Source of the DNA: Octopus vulgaris
Taxonomy: Eukaryota
DNA length: 64,000 nucleotides
Reading direction: 5' to 3'
Assembly: GCA_951406725.2 (NCBI GenBank)
Contig: OX597816.1
Span: forward strand, 16,616,001-16,680,000
Made by a program: the position numbers and the translations under genes. Positions 1-13,539 of this stretch are shown here, in pieces. Every line of letters starts with the position of its first letter. The first letter of the stretch is position 1. The notes below the pieces were generated by a model, which was not told the DNA's origin, ran no database searches, and saw nothing but the letters and a program-made list of their open reading frames with translations.

Positions 1-830
1 AAATTCAATATGTAACTAGCTTTATTCATACAAAAATCAAAGAAAATAAATTGAGTTTTACTAGAAGATATATAGGCAAGCTGATAATTTTTTTGTATGA
101 AGAGTTTAATAATTGGTTCAGAGTTGTTTACTCTCAAAGATTTACTACAATATGTTTTTAACAACACTAAATAGGCAGTGTTTACATGTAAGTAAATTCT
201 GGTGGAAAAATAATTTATATTGAGATGTGGTCACAATTCCTATAATTAAACACACACAAATAGATTTTTCACTTAACTACTAAAAATATTTTGATTAACA
301 ATCTCTTCAATTATTGTGAAAATTATTTTTCTCCAGTCAATGATCTTAAGCCACAAGGAATCTCAGTTTGATTTCAATACACATTTCTTTTTATCTTAAA
401 TGAATGCCTTTTGATAAATTTTTCTAACGCAAATCTAATTAAAATCCATAATACAAGGGAACAAAAAATTCTACAGACATAAGCAGTGAATGATGGAAAA
501 AGTAATCAGTTCTTTATTGTAGTATAATTAAAGTATAATCCACAAAGACCTCTATATACTTGTCTGATTTAAAATGATTATAACAACAGAACACAAAGAG
601 TGACTGTTTAGATAGGTTGGTTTTGATGTGAAAGCGGTATTTCATTGAAGACATTAAATGATTCTTAACAAAGACAAATGCAACAGTTTTTGTGTAAGTT
701 TCATAATATATGTGGTGAGACCTAAAAAAGAGAGCTGGGTATTGTTAAACTTAGCATCGGTAAAATTATTAAGCTGTTAGTTGTAAGTGTTAGTCAACTA
801 AAATAAGGATTCACTTTTAATGGTTGCATT

Positions 831-995
831 ATAGGTGTAGGAGTGGCTGTGTGGTAAGTAGCTTGCTTACCAACCACATGCTTCCGGGTTCAGTCCCACT
901 GTGTGGCACCTTGGGCAAGTGTCTTCTACTATAGCCTTGGGCTGACCAAAGCCTTATGAGTGGATTTGGTAGATGGAAACTGAAAGAAGCTCGTC

Positions 996-1029
<34 letters not shown>

Positions 1030-1087
1030 GAATGTGTTTGTGTGTCTGTGTTTGTCCCCCCAACATTGCTTGACAACCGATGCTGGT
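831..1087 (+). mobile_element. SINE family A (tRNA-like head), 3'-truncated
   Basis: ataggtgtaggagtggctgtgtggtaag...ggttcagtccc Pol III A/B-box-like head, central (TA)n; many near-identical copies in the window. Confidence 0.85.
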
Positions 1088-1317
1088 AAAAGAGTATTAA
1101 ATGTTAATAAGTTATAACACAATAGATTTTTGAGCTTCAGCACAAGGCCAGAAATTTAGGGGCAAGTATTTATTACTTGATTCATATTTATGAAAGGATG
1201 AAAGACAAATTTGACTATTTGGGATATGAATTTAGAATGTAGAGGGATATAACTAAATATCACACTAAATTTTGTCTAGTACTGTACCAATTCTGTGATC
1301 ACATTTCCATAATAATA

Positions 1318-1712
1318 ATTCTTTCTACTATGGGCACAAGGCCTGAAATTTTGAGGAGAGGGGCCAGTTGATTACATTAACTACAGTGCTCAATTGGTAG
1401 TGTAATGTTTTGGCCCCAAAAGGATGAAAGACGAAGTTGACCTTGGCTGCATTTGAAACTGTGATGTAAAGTCAGAAAAAATACTGCTAAGTATTTTGTG
1501 TTAACAATTCTGTCAGCTCACTGCATAATAATGATAATAGCAATAATAATTTTGGTTTGAAATTTTGGCACAATGCCAGCAATTTCGGGGGAACAGTAGG
1601 ACCATTACATCGACTCCCATACTCAACTATTACTTATTTTATCAATCCCCATGAGGATGAATAGCAAAGTCAACCTCGGCAAAATTTGAACACAGAATGC
1701 AAAAACAGATGG
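1318..1712 (-). mobile_element. Two decayed SINE family B copies
   Basis: aaaggatgaaaggcaaagtcgacctcggc-like core in each. Confidence 0.7.
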
Positions 1713-3184
1713 AAATTATGATGATAATGATGATGATGTTGATGATGATGATACTACTAATAATCATTTGACACCAGTTATGTTAGCATGGCAGACAGAG
1801 AAATAGCTGAAATAATATGGAAAAATGTAAACTAGAGATTTTCATTGAATTCTTATGAAATATGATATGATAAAAAAAACTGTATTGCAATGAAATAGTC
1901 TTCAATGAGTAAACTACACAAGGATTAAAAGAATTGATAAAAGTGTAGTTTACACTTTGATATATAAAGGAAGATGTAGTTGAAAAGATCAGCGTATTGA
2001 TTATTATGGAACCAAATAATACTTGATGTGAAGAATGTAGAAGTGTAATGTGATGGTAGGAAAACAAGAAGAGTAAATTTCATAATAGAAAGCTAAAACC
2101 ATTTTGAAATAACAGAAGATCCAACATACCAGGTAGTTGGTAAGAATAAGTTAAAAGTTTAAGACAAGAAGGGAATAAATACAATTCTCTGGGAAAAAAG
2201 AAGAAAATGAGAAATTCTAGAGGAATGATAATGAAATATATTTAAAAAGAAATTAGGTATTTTAAAGTAAAATAAAAGACATGGGAATGTGGGAATATAA
2301 TAAAAGAGTTGGATAAAGAATGACAGAACAAGTGAAATAGATTCTCTTCATGCAAAATCTATTGCTAGAGAATGAAGAAGAAAGAAGAAAAAATTACAGA
2401 TAATGGAACATCTTTGTGAAGAGAACTGGTAATTCGTGAGAATCAGTTAACCAATGATGTTTTTTCAAAGAATAAACAAAACAAATTAAGCAGTGGGGTG
2501 TCTCGATAGATGGGGAAGTGGGGAAAGGGGGGAAAATAAAGAATAAAAAAATGGAAAACGAAAAACAAACAAGAAACAAAACAAAACAAAACAAAAAAAA
2601 AATACGGAAGAAAATTACACAAGTATGATAATATGTCGACAAAGTAAAGATAACATCTATCATCAAGAAACATAAGACTGCTGGCAGAAGAACAGTAATC
2701 TTTAAATTGAAAACAAAGAACTAGCTTAAAAAGTACAAGATATGTAAGATTGTGCTGAGAAAAATCTAAATTTCCCTCTATTAATTTCCTTCTTTCTATC
2801 TCGAGTGCATGCTCAGGTTTGTGACTATGTGTAGGTGTTTTTAATGAATATTCCAGGATATCACTTGGTGTTGCGAATGATTGTCAATTTAAGTAAAACC
2901 ACATATGCAACACGTTTTAATTCTCTGGCACTGGTTCAGAGCAACTATCTAATTATTGAGAGAGTTAAACTTTGGTGCAATAATATGGAATACCTGATGT
3001 TTGGAAATCCTGTCAATGTAGCTTCATTATTCCCAGCTAAAGATGTTATACTGCATGCACTTACATATGCACTCTCCTACAAACACACACACACTATCAT
3101 AATCATAAACATATATATATAAACATATATATTATGTTCAAATATAGACATATGAACATAAACATAGATATAGGCACACATATA

Positions 3185-4082
3185 CAGGGTGAGGTAAATA
3201 GACTGTCGTCTAAATTATAATTTTTTTGCAGAAATGAAAATATCACCGACATCTCATTTTAAAAGATATATATTTACCAAAATTGCATAAAAATATCTTG
3301 AAATACTAAAGAGTAAATTTGTTCAATAAAATTGTCATTGGTGTCAACCACGGCCTCCAGACGACTTCAGAATCTCCTGAAACTCTTCTGGATGGTCTCC
3401 TTGTTTGAGTTGGTGAATGCTGCCGTAATCCTTGCCCTCAGTTCATTTTTGGTGTTACAAGGAGTTTTGTTCATCTCTCGCTCAGCTGCACCCCACAAAA
3501 TAATCAAGGGTTTGCAGTCTGGAGAGTTAGGCAGCCAGATGTTAGGGGTGATGTGGTTGCAGAAATTGTCTGACAGCCATGATTGGGTTCTCCTGCTTGT
3601 GTAGCATGGTGCAGAGTCCTGTTGCCAGACATAAGGTATTCCAGCAGTCACCCTCTTCACCCAGGGCAGCACTACCACCTCCAAGGCACTTGATGTAGGC
3701 CTCCATATTGAGTATGAGATCGTGTGGCAAGATGAATGGAGGCATAACATTGCCATCACTAGTGATCTCTCCAAACACCATGATGTTGACTAGATGTTTG
3801 ATTTTTATCACTCTTGCTACATGTCCTAAGATTGCACTGTCCTCAGATTAACACCCAAACACTCTGAAATGTTTGTATTGAAGCTTCTGGCAAAGATACC
3901 AAGCAGTACAGCATGTCATTTCCAAATTTCTGACAAAGTGAATTGCGTCATGGTGCTGTTTTTCTCGCAGACAGTGCCCAACTGACCCTGCTATACTGTG
4001 TAGCCAACAAAATCAAAAACAAACAATGTATGTACATGAAATTTAAAATATAAAATGGCAACAATTTACCCATCACACCATG
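3185..4082 (-). mobile_element. Internally deleted Tc1/mariner element, DD37D (maT/Bmmar1-like), with frameshifted transposase
   Basis: Overlapping minus frames give KHLVNIMVFGEITSDGNVMPPF and YVWQQDSAPCYTSRRTQSWLSDNF...WLPNSPDCKPL[DY]; 37 residues separate QQD from the frameshifted DY. TA-flanked imperfect TIRs (cagggtgaggtaaatagactgtcgtc / revcomp catggtgtgatgggtaaattgttgcc). Confidence 0.9.
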
Positions 4083-4584
4083 TATATATACATACACACA
4101 TAAATATATACACATATTCAGACATTTATATACATACATATGTATACACCCATCCACACCCACAATATTTTATTTAGCATGTGAAAAGTTTGATCTTACA
4201 AACAAGCATGTAATATAATAATTGCAATCATTTCTAACACAGATACAATATCTGAAATTTTGAGGGCAGTGTAATTAAATAATTAAATCAACCTCATGAA
4301 CCTAGAAGAAGTATTCTTTGTAGGATTTGAACTCAGGTTAAAAGAAGTCACAACAAATTCTGCAAGGCAATTTTTCCAGCATTTTAATACTTTTGTCAAC
4401 TTATTGCTCTCAATAATTTTCAGTTTAGGCATAAGGCTAGCAATTTATGAAGATGGTTAGGCAATTAAATTGACCTTAGAGCTTCACTGGTACCTAATTT
4501 TATTGACCCCAGACGGATGAAAGGCAAAGCTGACCTTGGCAGGATTTGATCTCAGGAAGTATAGGCAATAAGAAAATATTGTAA

Positions 4585-4860
4585 GGTTGAGCAAGGTCGT
4601 TGCCAGTGCCGCTGGACTGGTTCCTGTGCAGGTGGCATGTAAAAAACACCATTTGAGCGTGGCCTGATTGGCCCTTGTGCCAGCGGCAAGGAAAAGCACC
4701 CACTACACTCTCAGAGTGGTTGGCGTTAGGAAGGGCATCCAGCTGTAGAAACTCTGCCAGATCAAGATTGGAGCCTGGTGCAGCCATCTGGTTCGCCAGT
4801 CCTCAGTCAAATCGTCCAACCCATGCTAGCATGGAAAGCAGATGTTAAATGATGATGATG
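4585..4860 (+). mobile_element. Short retroposon family C with (GAT)n tail
   Basis: ggcgttaggaagggcatccagctgtagaaac ... ccatgctagcatgg ... (gat)n; RTE-partner-like tail. Confidence 0.82.
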
Positions 4861-5050
4861 TGTGTTGACCTATGCTTTAATGAGTGTGCCAAATAATAAT
4901 AATATTGATAATGTATGCATAGATATACATTACCAACATATGTGTGATGTGTTTGCCCTCACGGACACACAGACACAGACACACAGATAATAATAGCAAA
5001 GACCACTAAATACTCTGAGTAAAAACATCCTTCACAATTGTCTTGAAATA

Positions 5051-5280
5051 AGGCAGTGAGCTGGCAGAAATGTTAGGATGCCGGGCGAAATGTTTAGCAG
5101 TATTTCATCTGCTGTTACGTTCTGAGTTAAAATTCTGCCAGGGTCAACTTTGCCTTTCATTCTTTCAGGGTCGATTAAATAAGTACCAGTGACACACTGT
5201 GGTCTATGTAATCAACTTAATCCCTTTGTCTGTTTTTGATTGTTCCCTTTATGTTTAGCTCCATTTGGGCAATAAAGAAA
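5051..5280 (+). mobile_element. SINE family B
   Basis: aaggcagtgagctggcagaa head, gagttcaaattc-like B box, ctttgcctttcatcc core. Confidence 0.85.
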
Positions 5281-5862
5281 TGGAATAGAACAGGATCAGT
5301 CATCTCAAACCCAGCAATCTCAGAATAGACAAGTTTGCAGATAAAAATGCAAAGGCCATTTTGAAAAGAGATGATTGCCATAACATCCTCCTTTTGTTAT
5401 AACAGCAACTTTTCCCTTACAATGGACTAAGTTGTGTTGTTATATAGTAATCCCAGTCAGGTTTGCTGCAACTATGATAGTAGCTCATCAAGGATTAGGA
5501 GCAAAGCCATACATTTCAGATATTTCAGAACATGGTTTAGCTGAATGGCAAAGTATAATTGACAAGGTATATTACAACCATTATTTTGTCTTCTTCAATA
5601 ACTGAAGATTAATGATGGCTGCAGGTAAAATTAAGCCCAATGGATTTGACAGTTAAGGAGAATCATTATTTCTTAGGATTCATCATTGATGATGAATCTA
5701 AACTGACTATTGTTATATTGGGCATTCAGATGTGTATATATACTCTGAATGTAATTAGATATTTGGCTTTTTGGTAGCATGTGGATTGTAGCAGACAGCA
5801 ACCATGAACGTTGGGAAGAAAGTTTGTTTACAACATTATGGGTTCAATATATATAGATGTCT

Positions 5863-6129
5863 AAAGGTGGCGAGCTAGCAGAAACATTAGCACATTGGGC
5901 AAAATGCTTAGCGGTATTTCATCTGTCGTTATGTTCTGAGTTCAAATCCCACCAAGGTTGACTTTGCCTTTCATCCTTTTGTGATCAATAAAAAAAAAAT
6001 ACAAGTTGAGCACTGGGGTTCATACAATTGACTTGGCCCCTTCCCCAAAACTGTTAGCAGACCAAAGCCTTGTGAGTGGATGTGGTAGATGGAAACTGAA
6101 AGAAGCCTGTCGTACATATGTGTATATTG

Positions 6130-6162
<33 letters not shown>

Positions 6163-6379
6163 ATGTGTGTATATGTTTCTGTGTCTGTGTTTGTCCTCTC
6201 CAACATCACTTGACAACCGATGCTGGTGTGTTCACGTCCCTGTAACTTAGCAGTTCGGCAAAACAAACTGGCAGAATAAGTATTAGGCTTACAAAGAATA
6301 AGTCCTGGGGTCGATTTGCTCGACTAAAGGCAGTGCTCCAGCATGGCCACAGTCAAATGACTGAAACAAGTAAAAGAGT
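5863..6379 (+). mobile_element. SINE B 5' part directly joined to SINE A 3' part
   Basis: B sequence to about 6050, A sequence from about 6058 to the tail. Confidence 0.8.
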
Positions 6380-6640
6380 TGTACCAAAATTTGAAACCAA
6401 TATATAAATGGTCTGTAGCTGTGGAGTGTAGGTAATCTGTGATGGTTGAGGCTCCATTGTTTTGTGAGGCTTTTTAGTGTAATTAAGTTTCACACAGTAG
6501 AGATTGAAATTCTAGACTATTCTGTTATACTTGCTTATAGAACATATGCACTGTTTGTAAACTTGACAATGCATATATATGTATATGGATGTCTATTTAT
6601 AGTCATATATTTGATTTTCTTGGCTGTGCTACACAAGCAA

Positions 6641-7325
6641 TAGTGGACTGGCGAGGTTGTCAGCTTTCCTGATGGCAAGTGGGCCCCTGTGCCAGTAGAA
6701 TCCATATATAGGGGACATGTTAGTATCTAAGGGGCCCATATCCTCAAGTTTGAGAATTTTTTATTCACTCCTGGAAGAATGGCTCTGTTTGTAGACAGTT
6801 GAAAAGAATACTTTTAAAAATAAAAGAAAAAAATTAAATGATAGGTGTAGGAGTGGCTGTGTGGATAGGCATAGGAGTGGCTGTGCAGTAAGTAATTTGC
6901 TCACCAACCACATGGTTCCGGGTTCAGTCCCACTGCATGGAACCTTGGGAAAGTGTCTTCTACTATAGCTTGGGGCTGACCAAAGCCTTATGAGTGGATT
7001 TGCTAGACGAAAACTGAAAGAAGCCCATCATGTATATGTGTATATGTTTGTGTGTCTGTGTTTGTGCCCCAACATCACTTGACAACCGATGCTGGTGTGT
7101 TTACGTCCCCGTTACCTAGCGGCTTGGCAAAAGAGGCTGATAGAATAAGTACTCGGCTTACAAAGAATAAGTCCTGGGGACGATTTGTTCAACTAAAGGC
7201 AGTGCTCCTACGTGGCCACAGTCAAATGACTGAAACAAGTAAAAGAGTAAAAGAGGTAGCATTGTAATAGCGGGTGGGCATCCTTAGTCTCCTGGCAACC
7301 AATATTTTTAGACCCAGTCCACCAT
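6641..7325. mobile_element. Possible hAT-type MITE with a SINE A inserted in it
   Basis: Ends AGTGGACTGG ... CCAGTCCACC form an inverted pair; internal GGGCCCC motifs. Confidence 0.4.
6841..7255 (+). mobile_element. SINE family A, full length, first 24 nt duplicated
   Basis: Complete from head to the gtaaaaga tail. Confidence 0.9.
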
Positions 7326-7662
7326 GGTACACAAGTGAATGAATACTTACAGTTAATAAAAGAAACTTCATACAACTGATTCTTTTACTCATGCTTAATG
7401 TTACAACCAAATCTCTTTTAGACAATTGTTTATTGTTCTCAAAACAAGAACAATATGAAAATGCTCAAAAAAACTTTGACAGGAAACTCTTAAAAGAAAC
7501 ATACTGACCATGATTAAAACAGATTTCAACCTATATAATTTTAGATTAACAGAATAAACATTAATAAAATAATAAGAATCCTTTAGAACAAGACCTGAGT
7601 TTATGGATAAAAAAAATCTAATATATTTGTTTTAATATGTGTTAAAATTCTAATAATCATAA

Positions 7663-7880
7663 TAATCCTTTCTACTGGAAGCACAAGGCCTTAAATTTAG
7701 GGGAAGGGATTAAGTTGATTATGTCGACCCCAGTGTACAACTGGTACTTATTTCATTGACCCTGAAAGGATAAAAGGCAAAGTTGACTTCAGCAGAATTT
7801 CAACTCAGAATGTAGCAACTGGCAAAATACTGCTAAGCATTTTGTTCAGCATTCTAACAATTCTGCCAGCTCACCACCTT
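7663..7880 (-). mobile_element. SINE family B
   Basis: Complete head-to-tail match. Confidence 0.82.
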
Positions 7881-7909
7881 TGTTATAATAATAATAATAA
7901 TATTAGTGA

Positions 7910-8397
7910 CTAGCACTATGACCCAGCGTTGCCAGGTCTAGTGTTAGTGCTTGTTTTTCGTTGCTGTGTCGCAGTAAAAATTTCTCACTAAATCAAGAGC
8001 TAAGTTTCTTATCACATTTCAGCCTGGGCCAATTTTGTTGTTTATGAGCTAGTTGGACCTTTTTATGAGAGTAATTAATATTCACTGGACTTTGGTTTTC
8101 ACACCTGGAACAATCATGGAAAATTAGCGGGACTGTGCACGTGCCATTAGTCGGACAAAAAATGAGGCAGAAGAAAGTGAAAAGCTTGAATTTGGCTGCA
8201 AAATAACTTATGTGCATGAGGGGTTGGTTTATCAATTTTTTTTTATGGCTTTCTGGGGTGACTGGGGAAATGAAAAGATCTTCATGACTACCCTCAGACA
8301 GTTTTGAAAGCCCATAGAAAATGCGAGCCTTTTATGTGAAAAACTGTGGATTTGTATAAAGGACACACTGACACATAGATATTTTGCCATTTATAGA
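7910..8397 (-). mobile_element. Non-autonomous Helitron
   Basis: Minus strand: A|TC start, subterminal GC hairpin, CTAG|T end. Confidence 0.65.
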
Positions 8398-8401
8398 TAT
8401 A

Positions 8402-8796
8402 CTAGCAGTATCGCCCGGCGTTGCTCGGGTTTGTAAGGGAAATAACTATATAAGCATTTTTAGAGAGTTATAGCCAAAAAATAGCAAAAAAATGCATTAA
8501 AAATTGAAAAAAAGTTAAGGTAAATTTTTTTTTAAATCGTTGACACATCGTAGATATTTTTAGAGAGTTACTTCCCTTATATAAAAGCGAAAAAAATGCA
8601 TTAAAATGGAAAAATATGATGGTAAATTTTTTTAAATCGTACACTCATCGTAGACGCACGCTAATACCCAGAAGGACTCGATATGAATCACGACTATAAG
8701 ATACCCGCTTTTGGTTAAACTGCACCGCAAAATGTGGGAGTAGTTAGGAATCTAAATCGTAAGAGACAGACACACAACTTCACTCTTATATAAAGA
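8402..8796 (-). mobile_element. Non-autonomous Helitron
   Basis: Minus strand: A|TCTTTATATA start, hairpin cccgagcaacgccggg, then CTAG|T end. Confidence 0.8.
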
Positions 8797-9439
8797 TGCT
8801 TTTTTTTTTCCAGTCATAGAGTTAGATTTATGAAGGTCTTCAGTAGAAAATCCTTCGAATTCTGACTCGCTGCTTGATATAATGAAATTCGTATCCATTT
8901 TTTGTCAGAATTAAAAATTTTGAAAACACAATAGGAACAAATTTCGGAAAAAAATCTCCCATAATTCACGGAATTAAAAATTACACTTCGATTTTTGTAC
9001 AAAACTGTAGTTGAAGTGTTTACGAAGTATAATACGTGTTTTCACGAATGTACTAAAGAGATTTGCTCTGATATTCTCATTTAAATATGAATAGGTAAAT
9101 TCGGGCGGCTTGGTAACTATATATAAGTGTCGTCTGTTTATACATAAACACTGTTTCATACTGCAATTATATATACATATATCTATATATAATATTATAT
9201 AATAAAATATATACAGAGTAAAATAAAAACCAATTTACCTTTTCTGTCCGTCCGTGTGTCTTTGCAAATGTGTTGGAATGATAAGTGAGTTGAGTTTTGG
9301 CGCCTTTTTTACTAATAACAAACACACACGTGTTTGTATGTAGTTGTATGTGTATGTATGTAGTTGTATATGTATGTGTATGCGTGTGTGTGAGGAATGA
9401 CACACACACACTCACACACGCACACATGTACATCAATGC

Positions 9440-9962
9440 TTTCGGAGTGATATGTTAAAATATTGAGTTTTCTCGAATTTTGTCTTAATTGGTGGTAAAA
9501 TTGAAAGAAATTTTTTATGGCATCACCCACTGAAGTACTCTGAAAAATCTTAGGTAAATTCTAATTGAAGAAATTGTGTGAGGAGTAAATGGTTATGTTT
9601 TTATTTGTTTCTGTTTGCTGTGTTTTTTTATTTTTTGAGTAGTGGTTTAAATACTTTCAGTTTAGTCTTCCTCAAATCACTCTGTCGCTATTTACTTTCA
9701 TTTTATTCGTTGCACACTCTGTGTGTGCGTTTGCGTGTGGTGTAAACCAGACTAAGAAAAGCATTTGACACACACACCAGAATGTGAGTTTTCTGTAAAT
9801 TTTGCTTAATTGGAGTTTAAATTTTAAAAACTGGACCTGGCACGACGCGATGCATTCTACTCTTAAAAATGCTAGGTAAATTGTAATTGAAGAAATCCTA
9901 TATTGTAGATTTCTATAACTCCCAAAGGGAGGCAGATAAAATCTGCCTTTTATAATAAGAGA
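9440..9962 (-). mobile_element. Probable 3'-truncated Helitron-like element
   Basis: A|TCTCTTATTATAAAA start like its neighbours; internally duplicated block (about 9460-9575 versus 9780-9895); no CTAG end found. Confidence 0.4.
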
Positions 9963-10017
9963 TAGAGATAATTAGAATGCAAAACAAAAAGCTTATAAAG
10001 TCAGTCTGTTTACTCAC

Positions 10018-10171
10018 CTATAATAATTGATGTGGGGTACTGTTCGAAAAAAATATGGGTACTTCTGCTTGTTGTTTAAAGAAGCAGCACCAGCACTGTA
10101 GCTGACGATTATCATATTAAAGTGTTTGCTAATGGCTGCAATTGGTTCAGCTTCATCAGTACAACCAGGAC
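10018..10171 (-). CDS. Next internal coding exon of the same VFT-domain receptor (VKR-like)
   Basis: Minus strand: tttttattgtAG, 154-nt exon, donor GTGAGT. Phase 1 to phase 2. Translates to (G)PGCTDEAEPIAAISKHFNMIIVSYSAGAASLNNKQKYPYFFRTVPHINYY, containing the GPGC, SYSA and YPYFFRT VFT motifs. Joins the 35342-35503 exon to make ILGPGC. EPIA..SKHF recalls insect VKRs (from memory). Confidence 0.95.
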
Positions 10172-11436
10172 CTACAATAAAAATATATTAGGTTACATTA
10201 TGCGCAATATACAATGAAAGCTTTACAAACATGGGTTGTATTTAACAGTTTTGTTTATGATGTCTTTGTAGAGTTAAGAACATTCAAAAAGGAAACTTCT
10301 GGAAGTGATATTTATTGTTTCCATTTTGAAGAATAGCTTTAGAAGACTATTTTTGGTAGGACATGTCATAATGGCATTTGATCAGAGAAAACACAGAATC
10401 TATTAGCTCCGTATCAATAAGTGGGTTACTTGTTGTAAATGTATTTATTTATTTATTTATTTATTCATCCAAATGTTACAAATACAAATGTCAAAGTGAT
10501 TTATTTACTTCCTGTTGCTTCTTTGCAATATCGAAGTCATGGTATTGAGTTATTCTTAAAAAAAAAAAACCAAAAAAAGAAACCACAAAAATTCCAGCAT
10601 TAAACACACAAAAGATGCCAATCTTCAAATGATCCTTTCAGCCATTTTGAATTATTTTTAAAATCACAGTCTCACTTAATGAATAATATCTGAAGACCAT
10701 GTGAAATGTTAACAGTTAAGCTCTAGCTGTTTTTCTTTATCTTTTTTTTTTTTTTTTAAATTCTTTTCTCTCAGCCTAATCTTATTAAGAATTTTCAGTT
10801 CAATGGACCTCAGAAGGAAATTGTACACCAGAGCTGTTGCTTAAATTTAGCATGCGAAGATGCATCAAAAATCTGTAAATCTGCCAAGAGTTAATGCATC
10901 AGATCCTACACTGCATATACCGTTATTAACTGGGATCTTCACGTTGAATCAACGGGCTAGTTTGTTTTCTAAATAATGCACTAACTTATATAAATACAAA
11001 GAAAAGCACTTAGGCAACCAATCTGAATAAGATACAATGCTCTACATACAGAATATTCATAATGCCTTTCTTGGCATTTACATTGTTAAACGTTAAAAAT
11101 CTATTTTGGGAGAGTCTGTGGTATATAATCAGACATGCCATTAATAACAGAATGAATGTCAGTTTTATTTTTAAGGTATTTTACTCCATCTAAGATTTAT
11201 TTAAAATTCAATATGCTCTTAATTTATTGTTTTCTTTTTGCGGTTTTAACTATTTCATTTTCGACTAATAATTACATAAAATGCAGTCATAATCCATGTT
11301 GGTTTTTCAATTTTAAAGTTTCTAAATCATTGAACTGTATGGCTACTTGCAGGTAATATCTGACACACTTTATATTAATGTTCATGTTGTTTCTCATGAA
11401 CTAGTCTTGACAGACATATAAAATGACCTTATATAT

Positions 11437-11483
<47 letters not shown>

Positions 11484-11679
11484 GTATATATATATACATT
11501 ATTTATTATATCATATACGTTTTTATTATTGTCTTTTGCAATTTACTTAATCATTGATGATGATTAACATTTTATTGTTATTTTAATTTTAATATTTCTA
11601 TTATATGTAATTTTCTAGATGGTGTAATTTAAATGTTCATTTTGAATTGATAAAAGGTGGTTTTTTTACTAATTATAAT

Positions 11680-12050
11680 CCAAACATGAAAACACAAAGA
11701 GAAAACACAACAACGCTAGGACGTGAAAGAAATATCGTATTATTAGACACTCACGAAGGAAGGGAAGAAGGAGGGTTTAACATTTCGTGCGGAGCTCTTC
11801 GTCAGAAACATAAGAAAAGGAAAGATCCAGAGAATGGAAGACGGAGGAAAAAAAATCGCCAACGGTACACACACGGTCACATCGAAGATATATATATATA
11901 TATATAACGGGAAGCTTTATGAAAATAAACAAAAGACGAAGGCAGGTGGAGCACTAACAAACAAATGTATTAGTATAGCCCTCAGGAATAGAAAATGTCT
12001 TTTGCATTTCGGGCCCATGCTCTTCGACAGAAAGATACACAGAAAAAAAC
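11680..12050 (-). mobile_element. Two Penelope-type terminal fragments, each with a degenerate minimal hammerhead motif
   Basis: Minus strand CUGACGA-A-GAGC-UCC-GCAC-GAAAUGUU (11778-11805) and CUGUCGA-A-GAGC-AUGG-GCCC-GAAAUGCA (12000-12034); embedded in (TA)n. Confidence 0.6.
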
Positions 12051-13234
12051 AAATATATATATCTTCGATTTCTCATTCCTCAAATGTGACTGATCCCCTG
12101 GTTCTTTTAAATAAATGCTGTGCTGCTTTCTTATCGCAAAATTATGTCTTAGTTACATACCCACTAACTTTTCATCTCATTTATGCAATATTCAAAAAGT
12201 TAGGAAAATATTATTAAAAATTGATTGATGAAATATTAGAGCTGTTTTGGTATTTACACTGCTTTTAATTAATCTATTCATCTCGTTTGAGTCTTTTATT
12301 CTTCTGTAAACAATACTGTACACTTAACTACACAATCTATTAGCAATATTTGTGAATAGCAATGAAGATTACATTATTCTGACTCCATTAAGTAGCAAAC
12401 ACTGTGACTAGTTCAGCAAGAAAATTTTTCACCACTAGTAATTTTGAAGAATAATATGAATTGTGTTATTAGAGCATTTTCCTTCCTTTGTTCTCCAAGA
12501 AATAACCAATATTGTTCAAGTTAAATTCATTTATGAATTTAAGTTTGTAGCAACATTATTTTTGTAATTATTTTCCCTTATGGAGAATGCATTTCTAAAA
12601 CAAGTAATAATTTTCGATTCAAAGCAACAGTGAACATTCTTAAAACTCAGCGTTGTAAAATCAGTTGTTAAATGGGGTTTAGTTAAATGGAAAATTACAT
12701 ATATAATGAATTCTATTTTAGTGATAGAGTTGTAATGCAAATATAAAATTATAAAAACATAAAAATAAGATAGAGGAACTTCAGCTATAAGAATTGGCAA
12801 TGTTAAACAATGAGGAGGATGTATTTGGTCTTTGAAGAACTGTTAATTAAATTCTATCTTTAAAGTTACAAAAGTTTATTTCTAGTCTGAAATTTGCCTC
12901 TCACATTCTGAAACTACTTTAGGGGTATTGTTAGCAGCAAAAGTCCAACTGGAGTAGAAGCAATACTCCAACTTACATAACATGGTACCATGTAACTACA
13001 AAACTCATTTATTCACAACAAAATTAAAAGAATAAACCCAAAAATCTGTTAAGAGGTAGAATTGTTAAATAACACACAGATCATTTGTACTCTTCCTTCT
13101 ATAGCTCACAAATGAAACACCAAGAAATTCCTTCCAACTTTGCAAACCTAATAACATAAACACATGCTTAGCTATCTCTGACTACAAAGAACTATAGCAC
13201 TAACACAGTCAAGAATTACTGACAAGACAATGAA

Positions 13235-13539
13235 GATTCGCCTTACTGGCACCTGTGCCGGTGGCATGACCAGCATTGCCTTACTGGCACCTGTGCCCTG
13301 TGCCGGTGGCATGTGTAAAAGATTCGAGTGAGGTCGTTGCCAGTACTGCCTGACTGGCCCTGTGCCGGTGGCATGTAAAAACACCCGCTACACTCTTGGA
13401 GTGGTTGGCGTTAGGAAGAGCATCCAGCTGTAGAAACTCTGCCAGATCATGATGAAGCCTGGTGCAGCCATCTGGTTCACCAGCCCTCAGTCAAATCATC
13501 CAACCCATGCTAGCATGGAAAGTGGACGTTAAACGATGA
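13235..13539 (+). mobile_element. Family C
   Basis: Same core with several 5' modules. Confidence 0.82.

Noticed and set aside
1783-3060. Possible old LINE debris (also about 5300-5800, 25340-25700, 44020-45060 and 48200-48950)
   Set aside because: Composition suggests it, but the motifs are too decayed to assign a family or boundaries by eye.
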